Part shown: one piece after another, positions 51,950 to 64,000 of the stretch
Layout of the letters: each line of letters starts with the position of its first letter
How positions within the stretch are numbered: position 1 is the stretch's first letter
Assembly: GCF_009914755.1 (NCBI RefSeq)
Contig: NC_060929.1
Source of the DNA: the human T2T-CHM13v2.0 reference genome, Homo sapiens
Length of the DNA: 64,000 bases
Reading direction: 5' to 3' (one strand)
The notes under the pieces: model-generated
Told to the model about the DNA's origin: nothing
Databases searched by the model: none
What the model saw: the letters and a program-made list of their open reading frames with translations, nothing else
Program-made: the position numbers and the translations under genes

Positions 51950-53284
51950 CCATGTAAAATATATATAATATTGTATATAATTAATATATATATATAATTA
52001 TATATATATATTTTATTCAATGGCAGATGTTGTGTTTAGAAAAAGAAAGAATGGAGACTGTGGTCACTCATATGTTGCTGGGAACAGGCATGTCTCTTCT
52101 GGCAGGCTCAGTGTAAGGTGCTGAGTCAATCTTCCAGGAGCTGAGCTGAGTGAGGTTTTGTTGTGTTTTTCATTATCTTTGATGCCTCATAGGTTTTGAA
52201 TTCTACTGGCAGTAGGTTGTAGTTACTTTGAGCTTGCAGTGGAAGATTAGGTGACAAATAGTTTTACTCAGTGATTCCTCTCTTAGCATCCAGACAGTCC
52301 TGGACTTCATTGCTGTGGGGTGGAGAGTGGGGGTCTATCCATGTTCTCACCCCTCTCAAAGTGGCAAACAGCTCTTGATTGATACCTGGTGTTAGGCTTA
52401 TGATGGGGACAGGAGTATCTCTTTGCTGAGTCCAGTTTCTGTTTTACGTGGGCCTCATGCACTTGAGCCTTGGTGGGGGTGGAGGGTGGCTTTTTCAGCA
52501 CAGCTGTACCTATTTCCCATGGAAGTTAACATCTTACTTGTGCCTTCACTTGTTCTTGGGAAAGAGTTTTCTGCTTCTCCTGCTAACAGTAGTAGTCCTG
52601 TGCTTGGTATTGGTGTAGGATGCAGGGCCCAAGACTGATTATTGCTCCTTCTTTGCTCTGGTATATTTGCTTATACCTTCCACAAGGAAAAGTGGACCTT
52701 TGTTCACGTCCTGGAAGCAGGAGGGTTTGGTGCAACCTTAGTGACTTAAGCCTTGCTTTGTAGGAGAAAATATCTGGGGAAGCCGGTTTAGTTCTGTGCT
52801 CATCCTCCAGCAGCCTCCAGTAATTCCTGCAAGTCTGTGCTGCTCGCTCAATTCTTTCCTGCACCTAACTTTTCTTATGAGCCCATGATTGAAGCCCAGG
52901 GAAATATGGTTACATGTGAGTATGAACTCTGCCTGTTTCTGAAGCCCACAGCTATTCCAAACTAACATAGTGTGCATCACTGGATCTGTAGGAATTTTTC
53001 TTAAGCTATCTAATTTCTTGACATCTACTTCTAATAGGGCCACTTGTTTCTCCTGCACCCTTTCCTGGTGCAAGTGTTCATTTGCTTGCCTCTACTTGGA
53101 GGGATTTCTTTCTCTTTGGTATTCTGTTTCCTTGGTTGCCTGGTTACATCAGCTCTCTTGTGGCCTGGATAAAAATATGACTGCATAGATCACCTGGCTT
53201 CTTCCTCTTATTAAGTCAGAAGCAGAACTCTTTACTCCTTTCTACATTGCAAGTGGAAGCAGAAGCCTAACACATTGATTATAA

Positions 53285-53654
<370 letters not shown>

Positions 53655-56132
53655 AATAAATATTTTTTAAATATAAAAGACTCAATGAAAAAAGAGGACA
53701 CATCATGGAAACATATTGTCACTAAGCTATTCTACTTGGTTGTCTAGAATTTTAATATAAAGTGTGTTCTGACACTTAAATGCCAGTGTGATAGACACAC
53801 TGACCTTGCATCGTGTATTTAACAAAGAAGTCTCTTCTTAATCCTAATTCTGCACAAAATGTAAAGAAGATGTGAAACAAAATAGAAAGTCTCTGCTTGC
53901 TGAGTTGAAAACATTGTGAAGGGGTTCTGGTAAAGCACCCTGAAACCCAGTTGGGGATTTGAATGCAATGACTCTTGTTCTTATCAAATCAGAGAACTCT
54001 ACAAGGTTTCAAGACATCTAACCATTCCAGTCAAGGGTTCTCATGGGTTGTGAGAACAGAGTGGCAGGGACATTTCAGTTGCATTGTAGAAGAAGAAAAT
54101 TTACTGATAGCCTGGATGAAATTATCTAATTTTTCATAAGCAGACAGGGACATGCACAATTATCATCAAATACCACAGAACTGGCATTCACTGAAATTCA
54201 TTGTTCTGTTCCCACTTTAAAACAATATCCCAAGCGTTACTAACTTGTTTGGTACATATTGAACCAACATGAATCAAAACAGAAGTGACTTGGTATTCAT
54301 GTAGATGTCATGTGTGATATAGGCATTCTATGAAATTTGCACTATGTTTCAGTCTTAATCATGTTGTTCCCTTGTGGTTTTAATGTGTCTCTCTTTTTTT
54401 TTTTTTTTTTTTGCCTTTATTTTCTTTGACACACCAACTTCCAGAAAGAATATATTTAATTTACAAAACGAGCTCCAAAATACTTCAGTCATTGAAAAAT
54501 CTTAAAATGTAATGGGTGTAATATAATACTTTTAATCGTTGTTCTTAATGTTAAACTTTAAAGAGAGAAGAACATAAGAATATTCAAGTGTCAATGGATT
54601 ATACTAAAAAAGAAAAAGAAAAAAAAACCTCACCTTTATTTTCTGATAAACATACTGTCCTTGATTTCCAAGGCTTGGCTGTTGAAATTGCTGAAGAACT
54701 TCCACCGTAGATACCTTTTTTTGTTTTCACTTGGAAAGTATTCGCAAGCCATTTTTGCATCAGGAATGCAGGACACCTAGGTAAAATGTATAAATGTGAC
54801 ATAACATAATAATTCTCTTTGTCCTCTTCCTGTTAGAGTGCCTGCGAATCCCTGAGGAAGCAGGACTGAATTGCACAATCTTTAGTCAAAGGAGCACTGG
54901 TCTCAGAAACAGAATATTTGTGGTCACGTCTGGTCAAATCTGGATACTGCCACTTTCTTGCTTTATAAAGAGGCATTTCACATTTCATCCACGGTCCCCT
55001 CTACAATGTAGGGCCACTGTGGGAGTCATGAGAGATGACAGGTGTGGTCACGGTTTGTCAGTTGTTAACACAATTTTAAGCAAGTATTCAAGTCAAAACA
55101 AATAATGTATGGTGGAGAATGGATGTTTATTTCCAAATACCTCTCCACTTTGTGGGAATTACAGAGTAAATCTTGTTTCTTACCCATCCTTTTGTTCACT
55201 TTCAAGTTCATTCCAGTAGAAGTTTCCAGTTTGCTTCAGCAACAAATGAGAGAGACAGTATGGAAAATGGCGACCATTGCTCTTGCCATGAGACCTAGGG
55301 GCATAGATTTCTGGATGTTTTGCTGGTCTATGTACTCCACTGTACCCACTCTGTCACTCCTTAACTTCTTTATGTATAAGAAACAAATGCTTTCTTCTAT
55401 TTTTTTTCTGTTACCCTCACCCCAGCCTGTAACCCTACATCAATGTCATATCTGCCTTGTGATGGGGCAGCCCAACTGCCTACCCCAGCTAATGCTGTGC
55501 TTACCAGGAACTGTCTTGCTGGGCCTTGTGGAATTTCTGACCCAGGATAGGAAATCAGACACATCTCTTTTTCAGGTACAGTGCTTTTTCTCTACTTCCT
55601 CAAGCTAACCGATATTCTAGATCCCTGGATGACAAGGTTTTTTCTTCTGCTCCTGTGGAGACCATATTTTTTTTCTTTCTGAGCATCAAATCTCTGAGAA
55701 AAGAGGTTTCCTACTTTTTCCATCATTGGATCATTGACCCATCATTCTTCTTTATACCATGAGGTTAACTGGTGACACAGGCCACCAAAACCATCCAGAA
55801 ACTCAAAACCAGTTCTTACTATCTTAAATTATTTAGTTTTATGTTCATAATACATCTCCTCTCTCTTAGTAGTTGTCTTATGCAAGTTCAATAGGAATAC
55901 TGGAGACCCATAGATTACTGTATCTCAATATGCTCAGCTTCAGAATTCTTCTTCCCCAATAGACAACACCCTCACAACACAACTAGCCCTGAACATTATT
56001 TTCCTGAGATGTTGCCCTGTTTGCAGTATTAAAGATCTTTCTACTTATATCAAAGTCAAATAGAAATTGTTTACTGAATGTTTATTTAATTTCAATTTAT
56101 GTAGGTAAAGAAAAGTTATTCAAGTCACAGTA

Positions 56133-56603
56133 CGTGGTTAATTTAAGCAGAAAAGTCACATCATTGGGAAGACTTCAGCTGCAAATGGGGACAATATACA
56201 AACAAACAATGGCCAGACTCTATTCAAAGACAAAATTCTGCACAACCTTTGCAGCCCTCAGCCTAGAGTGGCCAGGACTCAGTCAAGAGTGGCCAACTTC
56301 TCTATTTTTTGAACCTACTTCCAGCTCAGCACCAACAAAAGGAACCCAAAATATGCTCCCCTAGCCAATCTCATAAGATGCCCCACTTGTTGTGAGCAGC
56401 AGGTGCAGCTTCCCCAGGCCAGCAGCCTCCAGTCAGGGCATGCCAAGAGCCTTTCCTTTTTTCACTGTGAGGCCTTCCCACTCCTCTGCCTGCCTTTGAG
56501 TGTCTGGCAAACACAAGGGAGGGAGGCTGACTCCCTTGCTTCAGCAAGCTCTGAATAAATAGTCTTTGCTTATTCCCTTTTGGCAGGTCCTTATTACTTC
56601 TAC
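56133..56603 (+). mobile_element. ERV-class solo LTR (MER90-like; name uncertain)
   Basis: aaacaatggccagac...aaatatgctcccctagccaatc...cccactcctctgcctgcctttgag...gcaagctctgaataaatag; CCAAT and AATAAA in LTR-like order, ending in ca. Confidence 0.65.
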
Positions 56604-59600
56604 AGCCCTCCTAGGGAAGGGCCTCAGCCCCCCAACTGCTTCTTGTGTCCCATGAGATAGCGACAGAGCACCTCTCCTTACTTAGCCCCTTTGGCTGTGG
56701 AAGGAGGAACAGGCTCTGTCCTCTGCAATGGGACTGGGGAGAGAATGTGTTGTCTGATGTGTGTCCATGTTAGCTCCTCCCCAAACCAGGGATACTAGTC
56801 ACTTATGGCTTCACTTGTTCCCTAAAAGGCAAGTGCATCTCCCAACTAGTCCTGGGGAGAAACAACTGGTCTCCCCTGAGGGAATGCCCTCTTGTTAATG
56901 TGACATTGGCATAAACACTAACCCTTGAGCTTTTGACCCTTCCTGAACTTGTCCTGCCGAGCAACACAGCCTCTATGGCATAATCCAGGAAGCCTGGCAG
57001 CTGTCCCCAAACATCTTCCAATTGATCTTCCCTTAGAGCATGTCTCAACCCAATATCCCCATGCATAGAGAGAGTAGGGAATCCAGTATAATTTGAGAAT
57101 TTTGTAGAGCTTATCATCTGCATGTATTCTTTTGTCTGATTAGTTAGTGCTCACCTTGGAAAAGAGAAGAAGTAAAGAAGGTCATGGAAAACAAACTGTG
57201 CTTGCAGAAATGCTATAAAGGCACATTCCCTCCTTCTCAGGAGCTGGAAGCAAGTGCTGAACACGTTTCAGCTACGGCTGTCTTCACCAGAGAGCGTGCA
57301 TACTTTTAAAAGTTTGAATTACATTGTGGTACAAGTGACCTGCCTTCTGAAAACAAAAAACAAACAAAAAAAACCTGCCATTTGTGGCTGCCATCACATC
57401 ACAGGAAGAGGCAGGAGCAGCATCACACAGTCACAGAAGAAAATGGAATCTTCTTATTTCTTGTCCTCAGGGATCCAAGATTTTGTCTTTTTTCTGCACT
57501 ATGGTAAAGGGTTATGAACTCAGTGCTACTGGAAATGAAGGCTTCATCCCCTCAAAGTTCTCTGTCTGAGGCAAAGCAATATAGAAAATTCAATCTAGAA
57601 GCCTACCTTAATGTACAATAGGGTAACATAAATCTCATTCATTATAAGATGTACTTTGAACTCATGTAACACAACAATCTAACACTGTAGATAAGAGCCA
57701 TGTCTCACTCCTCTACATGGTTAGGTGGGTGGGTGAGAAGTTACATAATTAAAAGATAAAGATTCTACTAGGTGCAGATATCAACAAATATCTTCCAGGC
57801 CATGTTTTGTGAGGAAAGGACTGGGAACCAGAGAGGGAAAAATCTATTTCAGTATTCATTTCAAAGGATTATAAGTATTTATTGGTATGTTGAGTTTATA
57901 CTGTACTTTTCCTCAAGATTGGGATTTATATTTTTAAAATCTTTGGAATTTATTCAAAGTGGAAGAACTTTGCCAGAATAACCAAAGAGGTGTGACATAT
58001 GCATGCCTACAGAGACAGAAATTAAAGGTGAAAATCTGGACTGTTTGTTGTCACAATTGTCTGGTCACAGTCCACTTGGACAGTCTGTTTCTCTGCTTTT
58101 CTTCCTGTTAGCTGTTTTGTCTAGATCTGACTCTGCTGAAGGTGACAGTGAGCCATGGCCTGACTTAATGTTGGCCTTCATGTGGTCAGGACAATATGGG
58201 AAAGAAAATGGATAAGGCTGTTTTGGGGGGTAAATATTGACTTTTAATCTTTTTTAAAGAGAAGGAGCATGTAAGGAGACTATAAATTAAATAAATTAAT
58301 TAAAAAATAATTTTTATTAAGCAAAAGCATTCTGCATAAGATAACTCTATGCTCCAAACAAAGTCTATTCTAAAATTCTGCTCTTTGAAAAGCTCAATGA
58401 CAATATAATTAATGCTCTGGGTCTATCACTCCTTCACACTCTTAATTTAATTCTCCCTTTGTGCTTTCTGAATCATTTTTAATTAATTGATTAATCAGAG
58501 CCACAGCCATCTTTTATATCATCGTTTGGGTCTATTCTTAGGCAGCATTGGATGAATATTCTGTTACAAACAATCCTGATGAGGAGAAGGCTTTCCATCC
58601 ATGCACCAACCAAACTCAAAGTCGGGGAAGAGGAAACTCAAAGGCCTTCATGCGGAATACCTGTCTGTTGCCAGCTCTGCCTTGCAGCTTATTTGCAGCG
58701 TTGGTCACCATTGGAGCTTGAGTGTCATGGATTTTTCAGCATTAATTGTGGATAGAAAAATACATTATTCTAAAGCATAAGTCTAGGAAAGTCACAGTCT
58801 ATGTAACACGTTCTTGTTCATTAAGCCATGTTTAGTAGTATTTGCCCATTTTAAGCACTACAAAATTGTCATGTGTAATTATCATGAACTGCTTCATAAA
58901 ATGTCATAAGGGTTACATTCTTTCTCATTAAATGCTGGGGCTCCCTCTACATTTTTACAGTGGGTCCAGCACCTCTCTCTTCTGACTTTCTGTCATCCCA
59001 AATTTCTAAGAGCTCTGGAGGTTTAGGCAAAAATCAAAGAGAATCGGGTACTCACACCCAGAGAGAGAGCACTGAGGTGCCATTAACTCATTTGTGATTT
59101 TTACTCTTTATGCCTTCTTATGTTTCTCTTTAAAGTGGGTTCTGAGCAACCTAGCGCACAGCCATTCTGAGAGCTCTGGGATGCAAGGCCCATGTACATT
59201 GTCATGGTTACTGATCGAACAGGATCAATACTTCTCCCTCTTGGTTAAAGTAGACACACAATTGGCCCATGTTGGGCTCTGGCGGCTGCATCTTAGCCCT
59301 AAGTTCATTAATTTCCACCCACCCACCCACCCACCCACAGGCAGCCCAAGGGCCTTGAGTAAAGATGGAATCCCAAAACCGTCCACTCCAGGACCTCGGA
59401 CAGCCATTTTCTTTGCACCATAGAAATTCGTGCCTTAGGGTTCTCAAGCAACTCTAATTTTAGACCCTCAAAGCACAAAATAGAGGATTACACTCTTTCT
59501 TCTAAACAATGTGTTACTGGCCCATGCCTGTGTAGGAAGTTGCCCTGGGAGCCACCGTTAGACCCTAAACTTTCCCTTCTGAAGGATACTGATTCAGTGA

Positions 59601-60084
59601 TTCCGAGAAACTTTGCTTTCTAAAGTGTGATTTCTCAAGTCAGCCATGCATGCTCCAGTGACTGCAAGAAGACTTCATAGTGTCATGCTTAGAATAAAAT
59701 TTTAAAAACAGATGCACATACATCTTGAAGCACAGTGAGAGGATAGAGCTGCACTGATTTAATTTAGAGAGCTTAAATGTATTTGGCAACCACTTTAGGT
59801 ATTGGTGAACAAGTATTGGGTAGAAATAACTTGTTGCAGAATTTTGTGTAATGAAACATGCTACAAGATATACAAAAATGTCCAGAGCTTGTCTTCTCAC
59901 TCAAGAGCATGGGCAAGCTATTGAGACAAGGAAGCAATTATAGTTTCCTTTTCCTTTTCTTGAGAAAAAAAAGTCTCCTGGATCTGGATCCAATCATCTT
60001 CTAAAAAATTACTGTACACATCTTTGCAACTCTTTGCTAGTTTTGGCACATTGGTGGCTTGGGCACGGTCATGGTAGGACTACA

Positions 60085-60175
60085 TATGCCAGATAAATTA
60101 GCAAACACTAAGAATTGGTTTTGTTTTCTTGTTTCCAGAGAGCAGCCTGTAAAACACCCCCCAGCACATCACTGG
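60085..60175 (-). mobile_element. MER63-like hAT fragment
   Basis: ccagagagcagcctgtaaaacaccccccagcacatcactg resembles the reverse complement of the MER63 terminus cagtgatgtgctgg. Confidence 0.5.
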
Positions 60176-60467
60176 CTGTTCCCCACTTCACAAATCTTAT
60201 TTAGAGTTAGGCTGATTGGGCAAACACATGTGAGAGATGGGGGGAAATCAGGGATTTAAGAAATAAGTTTCTTCATCACATGTAACAACTGTAACAACAT
60301 TGACATTTGTATAATTAAGAGGAAAAATCCTGTATCACTGTAATTATATGTAAAGAAAATCTAGAGATATTGGACAACTCTGCAATTAGTTTACTATTAA
60401 GAGATAATGTCACAATACTATTCTGGAAAGAATATTTTTTAAGGACAATTTTAGGCATAGAAAACTC

Positions 60468-60764
60468 TTTTTTTTTTTTTTTAAGACGGAGTCTCTCTCT
60501 GTCGCCCAGTCTGGAGTGCAGTGGCGCAATCTCGGCTCACTGCAACCTCCGCCTTCCAGGTTCAAGCTATTCTCCAGCCTCAGCCTCCTGAGTAGCTGGG
60601 ATTACAGGCCTTCATCACTGCGTCCAGCTAATTTTTGTATTCTTAGTAGAGATGGAGTTTCACCATGTTGGGCAGGCTGATCTCTAACCCTTGACCTCAG
60701 GTGATCTGCCCTCCTCGGCCTCCTGAAGTGCTGGGATTACAGGCATGAACCACCTTGCCCGGCC
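60468..60764 (-). mobile_element. AluSx
   Basis: Canonical dimer with gacctcaggtgatctgcc and T tail. Confidence 0.94.
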
Positions 60765-61364
60765 AATATTTTGTTATTTTTAAGGAAAATTTCTCAGCTA
60801 CTTGTGAACATATAGGTAGTATTTTAAGTCAAACTTCTAAATAATAAAGTATTTTTGATAAATTTCTTAAAATACCTAAATATTTGATAATATTATGAAG
60901 TTGCTGCCATATTCCTTATAGTAAATCAAGAAATTCAGAGTTAAATTATTATAAAACACAAAAACATCTAGGTTCCCTAGATTCACAAATAAAAAAAAAT
61001 TAGTGGCTAAAATGACTTCTGCAATAAAATAAATAGTTGTTTTTTATCTGTATGTTGTAATAACATAACATGCATTATATATTAAACCTGCCTGGCTACA
61101 CTATCTCACAATCATCGCAAAATCCAAGTGCAGAAACAATCATAACTCTATGGGTAAAATAGAGATTAACAGAGTTTGAATTTACCTAGGGCATCATAAA
61201 GCATAATCTGGTGTAAGTTCTATCTCTTGGGGGCTCCATTATGAAAAGAATAGAATAATAAGAAAATGTGAGTTAATTTAAAGTGAAAAATATACTATAT
61301 GCATGTAATAAAAATAATTAAATATTGTGGTTGACAAGCATTTCTTTACCTGCCCAGATTTTTT

Positions 61365-61465
61365 AAAGAAGAAAGAAAAAGAAAAGAAAGAAAAGAAGGA
61401 AGGAAGGATGGAAAGAAGGAAGGAAGGAAGGCAGGGAAGGAAGGAAGGAAGGAAAAAAGAAAGAT
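61365..61465. repeat. (GAAA)n/(GGAA)n purine tract
   Basis: Read directly. Confidence 0.9.
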
Positions 61466-61489
61466 TTATTCTAAGATGCAAGGATTGCT

Positions 61490-64000
61490 TAATATAATAA
61501 TAAATAATTGCAATTTGTAAAATAAGTTATAACTGACGGAATGAAAGAGGAAATTATATGAACATCTCAATAGTTACAGAAATAGCATAAGCAATACACA
61601 TTTATGTTAAGATAACAACAACAACACTCAATAATTTAGGAAATAAAGCAAACTTATGTTATCTGAAATAATATATCTATTAAAATACAGAGAAAGTTAA
61701 CAAAAATTGGGGAACATTAACAGCATTTACTTTAAAATTAGAATAATTTATACTCAATATCACTACTTACACTCAAATTTGTATGAAAGGTCCTCACCAG
61801 TAAAATATGACAAAAACAAAAGAAAATATAAGAATGAAATACTCACTAGAATGTAGCAAACTTTTATTATTTTAAAATAATAACTGTTTATATTTTGAAA
61901 TTTTTTTTAATATCCAGAAAAATTATGGGAAAGAACAGTAGACATTACTAAGATTGCTAGATGTAAGCTTAATATACAAAAGTCATCTAATTTTTGTGTC
62001 CCAGTGGCAAATGATTAGAAATTTTAACTAAAAGAAACACATCATTAAATAGTATCAAAGTCTTAAAATGCCCAAATAAGTATACAGAAGAAAACACAAA
62101 GCTTTGTTAAGAGATGTTCAACAATACAGAAATACATAGAGTTGTACTACATTTATCAATAATGAGAATTAATCTAGATGATTTTTAAAATGTACTTGAA
62201 AGAGTACATGACCATGAATATCTGAAGAAGACTCTGGAGTGAGGTTAGCTTACTAAACATTAAGCCGTTATCATTACAAAACTACAATGCTTAAAAGTGT
62301 GTGGTGCTAGTGCAGAGGTAGACATTATATCAAGGTAAGAAATTACTCTGATGCAGTTGCCACATCCTAGTACACTACCAGGCAAGCATTCGATTTTCCA
62401 TGGAGCCATAGAGACTCACAAAACAAATAAGAATCACACAGTTTTTGAAGAACTCACAAATATTGAGCAATACATAAGAGGGTATATATTGGAAATTTAA
62501 GCACCTAGAGTGGTTTGCAAGCAGAAGGCAGAATGGGAGGACCACATGTGAAAATCTAGATGCACTGTTACACAAGATCTCCTTCGGTTCCTGACATTAG
62601 TCTTTCCCAGTGCCAGTGTAACAGTGTGGTTATAAGAACCAGGCTGAAGATGAGAAAGGATTCTCAGCATAGGCAAGCAGCCTCGAATCGTAGACACTTG
62701 CTTCATGAGAAAATGCAGAAGCAAGTGTATTGGACACAGCTGCAACTCACTTTTTCCTGCTGAGTAGCAATATTTGTATCTGGGCAGAAGATGCACAGAG
62801 TCCAAACAGGTGTCACCAAAGAATGTGCAATATAGCTGTAATTCTGTAGGTGACAGACCCATGTTTTATAGTTACTAATTTTAACTGGGTTGTTTTAATC
62901 CTTTATTTTTATTAGCATTACTTTTAATATCCCCATCCTTTTTCAAACTTATTTCCAACACACGTTTATAGTCTATCTAAGTAAAACTCTATCACACAGG
63001 TAACTACTTACAACCCATCTATATTTGCTAGTTATTCCTATTGGTGTATGTATTTATTTCTCTTGTTTGTATGGCATAGTGAGACATTCTCAACAAACAC
63101 AACAAGCACAAATTTCTCGATACAATAAAATAAAGATTTCCGAAACAGAACCGTACAAGCATAGAACTTTGATGTATGACACAGATGGCTTGACAGATGA
63201 GTGGAAAAAAGAGACAAATATTCAATAAATAAAGCTGAAAAAATAATTTTCTATAAAGCATGCATATATAATGTATATTTTAATACCTACATCATACCAT
63301 ATACAAAAATTATCTCCAAACAGGTTAATAAGTTAAGTAACAAAAATAGAAACTAAAACTCAGTAGAAAATAAATGTTAATATATTTTCGAACTTGGTGC
63401 CACAAAATATTTCTTGAATAATACACAAAAATATTAACTATGAAAGAAAACGTTAGTAAGCTTGACCATATTTAAATTTTAAAACTTTTGTCTATCAAAA
63501 GATGCCTTAAGTACAGTGTAAAAAATTACAAACTTTAAGAAGTTATTCACAATATATGCAACCAGTAGATTTTGGAATTAAGAATATATAACGAAAGCCT
63601 ACAAATTCAGAAGAAAAACACAAACAATCCAATCTAAAAGGCACAAAATATATAAACAGACATTTCACAGAAGCAGAAAGTAAATGGACACTAAGCACTT
63701 CAAAGAAAGTTTAACATTATTAGTGACAGAAAAGTATAAACCAAGACTTTGATGAAACACCATCTTAAACATATTATTGATAAAAATTAAAAAGCCTCCA
63801 AGAAGTCTTTTGGAAGCCTCCAAGAAGATGTAGATGAAGAGAAGCTCTTGAATGTAAGATGCCAATATTTGTGGCAATGAGGGCTACTTTTTGGAAAGGA
63901 GTTTGGCGTAGTTTCTTCAGGTTGAATGGTCACATGCCCCCTTCCTTAGGAGTATATCCAAGGAACACTTCCTAAGGGAGGAGTGTGCAGTAATGTTCGT
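61490..64000 (+). mobile_element. Ancient L1M (ME-like) ORF2 remnant, interrupted at ~62340-63100 and running off the window
   Basis: acatctcaatagttacagaaatagcat, cagcatttactttaaaattagaa, cctacatcataccatatacaaaaattatctccaaa, aaacttttgtctatcaaaagatgcc, aaatggacactaagcac. Confidence 0.7.

Larger units (their letters stand above)
50660..53260 (-). mobile_element. Ancient L1M 5' region/ORF1 remnant (boundaries approximate)
   Basis: ORF 51271-51489(-) NFPKSMKDIKLQTQEAQRTPRRI matches the L1 ORF1 motif NFP.L.K.I..QIQEAQRTP.RI; T-rich flanks and an L1M 5'-like segment. Confidence 0.7.

Noticed and set aside
53976-53986. tgttcttatca match to U2 snRNA
   Set aside because: Only 11 bp and the flanks do not match; chance similarity.
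55105-55608. 167-aa ATG ORF, and similar unique-sequence ORFs at 14073-14540, 19030-19500, 30482-31012 and 41726-42169
   Set aside because: No recognisable domain or coding-like composition, no supporting exon structure, and lengths compatible with chance in 64 kb over six frames.

Overview
This is primate, almost certainly human, non-coding genomic DNA: intergenic or deep-intronic, AT-rich and dense in repeats. Human origin is suggested by an L1 3' end carrying L1Hs-type diagnostic bases. I see no credible host protein-coding exon, rRNA, tRNA, CRISPR array or CpG island. The listed ORFs are chance ORFs, Alu or simple-repeat translations, VNTR read-throughs, or decayed L1 ORF1/ORF2 pieces. 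The window holds about 16 Alu/FLAM copies, about 10 L1 fragments of different ages, MaLR/ERV LTRs (MLT1, MLT2, THE1), DNA-transposon MITEs (MER58A, MER33, MER47A, MER20, MER2), MIR/L2 relics, microsatellites and a 1.3-kb 60-bp VNTR. The most notable observations are: (1) a ~380-bp-arm inverted duplication at 3192-4432 that spans a MIR/MLT1 junction and unique flank, with a transversion-rich mismatch spectrum; (2) an antisense U2 snRNA 5' fragment fused to the 5' end of a truncated L1 at ~34652; (3) a human-lineage ACG/A-type L1 insertion with a clean target-site duplication (TSD); (4) a twin-priming inverted L1; (5) an Alu whose poly(A) tail is replaced by a tract of opposite polarity; (6) a palindrome- and CpG-dense unique segment at 11.07-11.62 kb. 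I found no evidence for a new multi-gene system. Subfamily names come from recalled consensus sequences and need RepeatMasker/Dfam confirmation.
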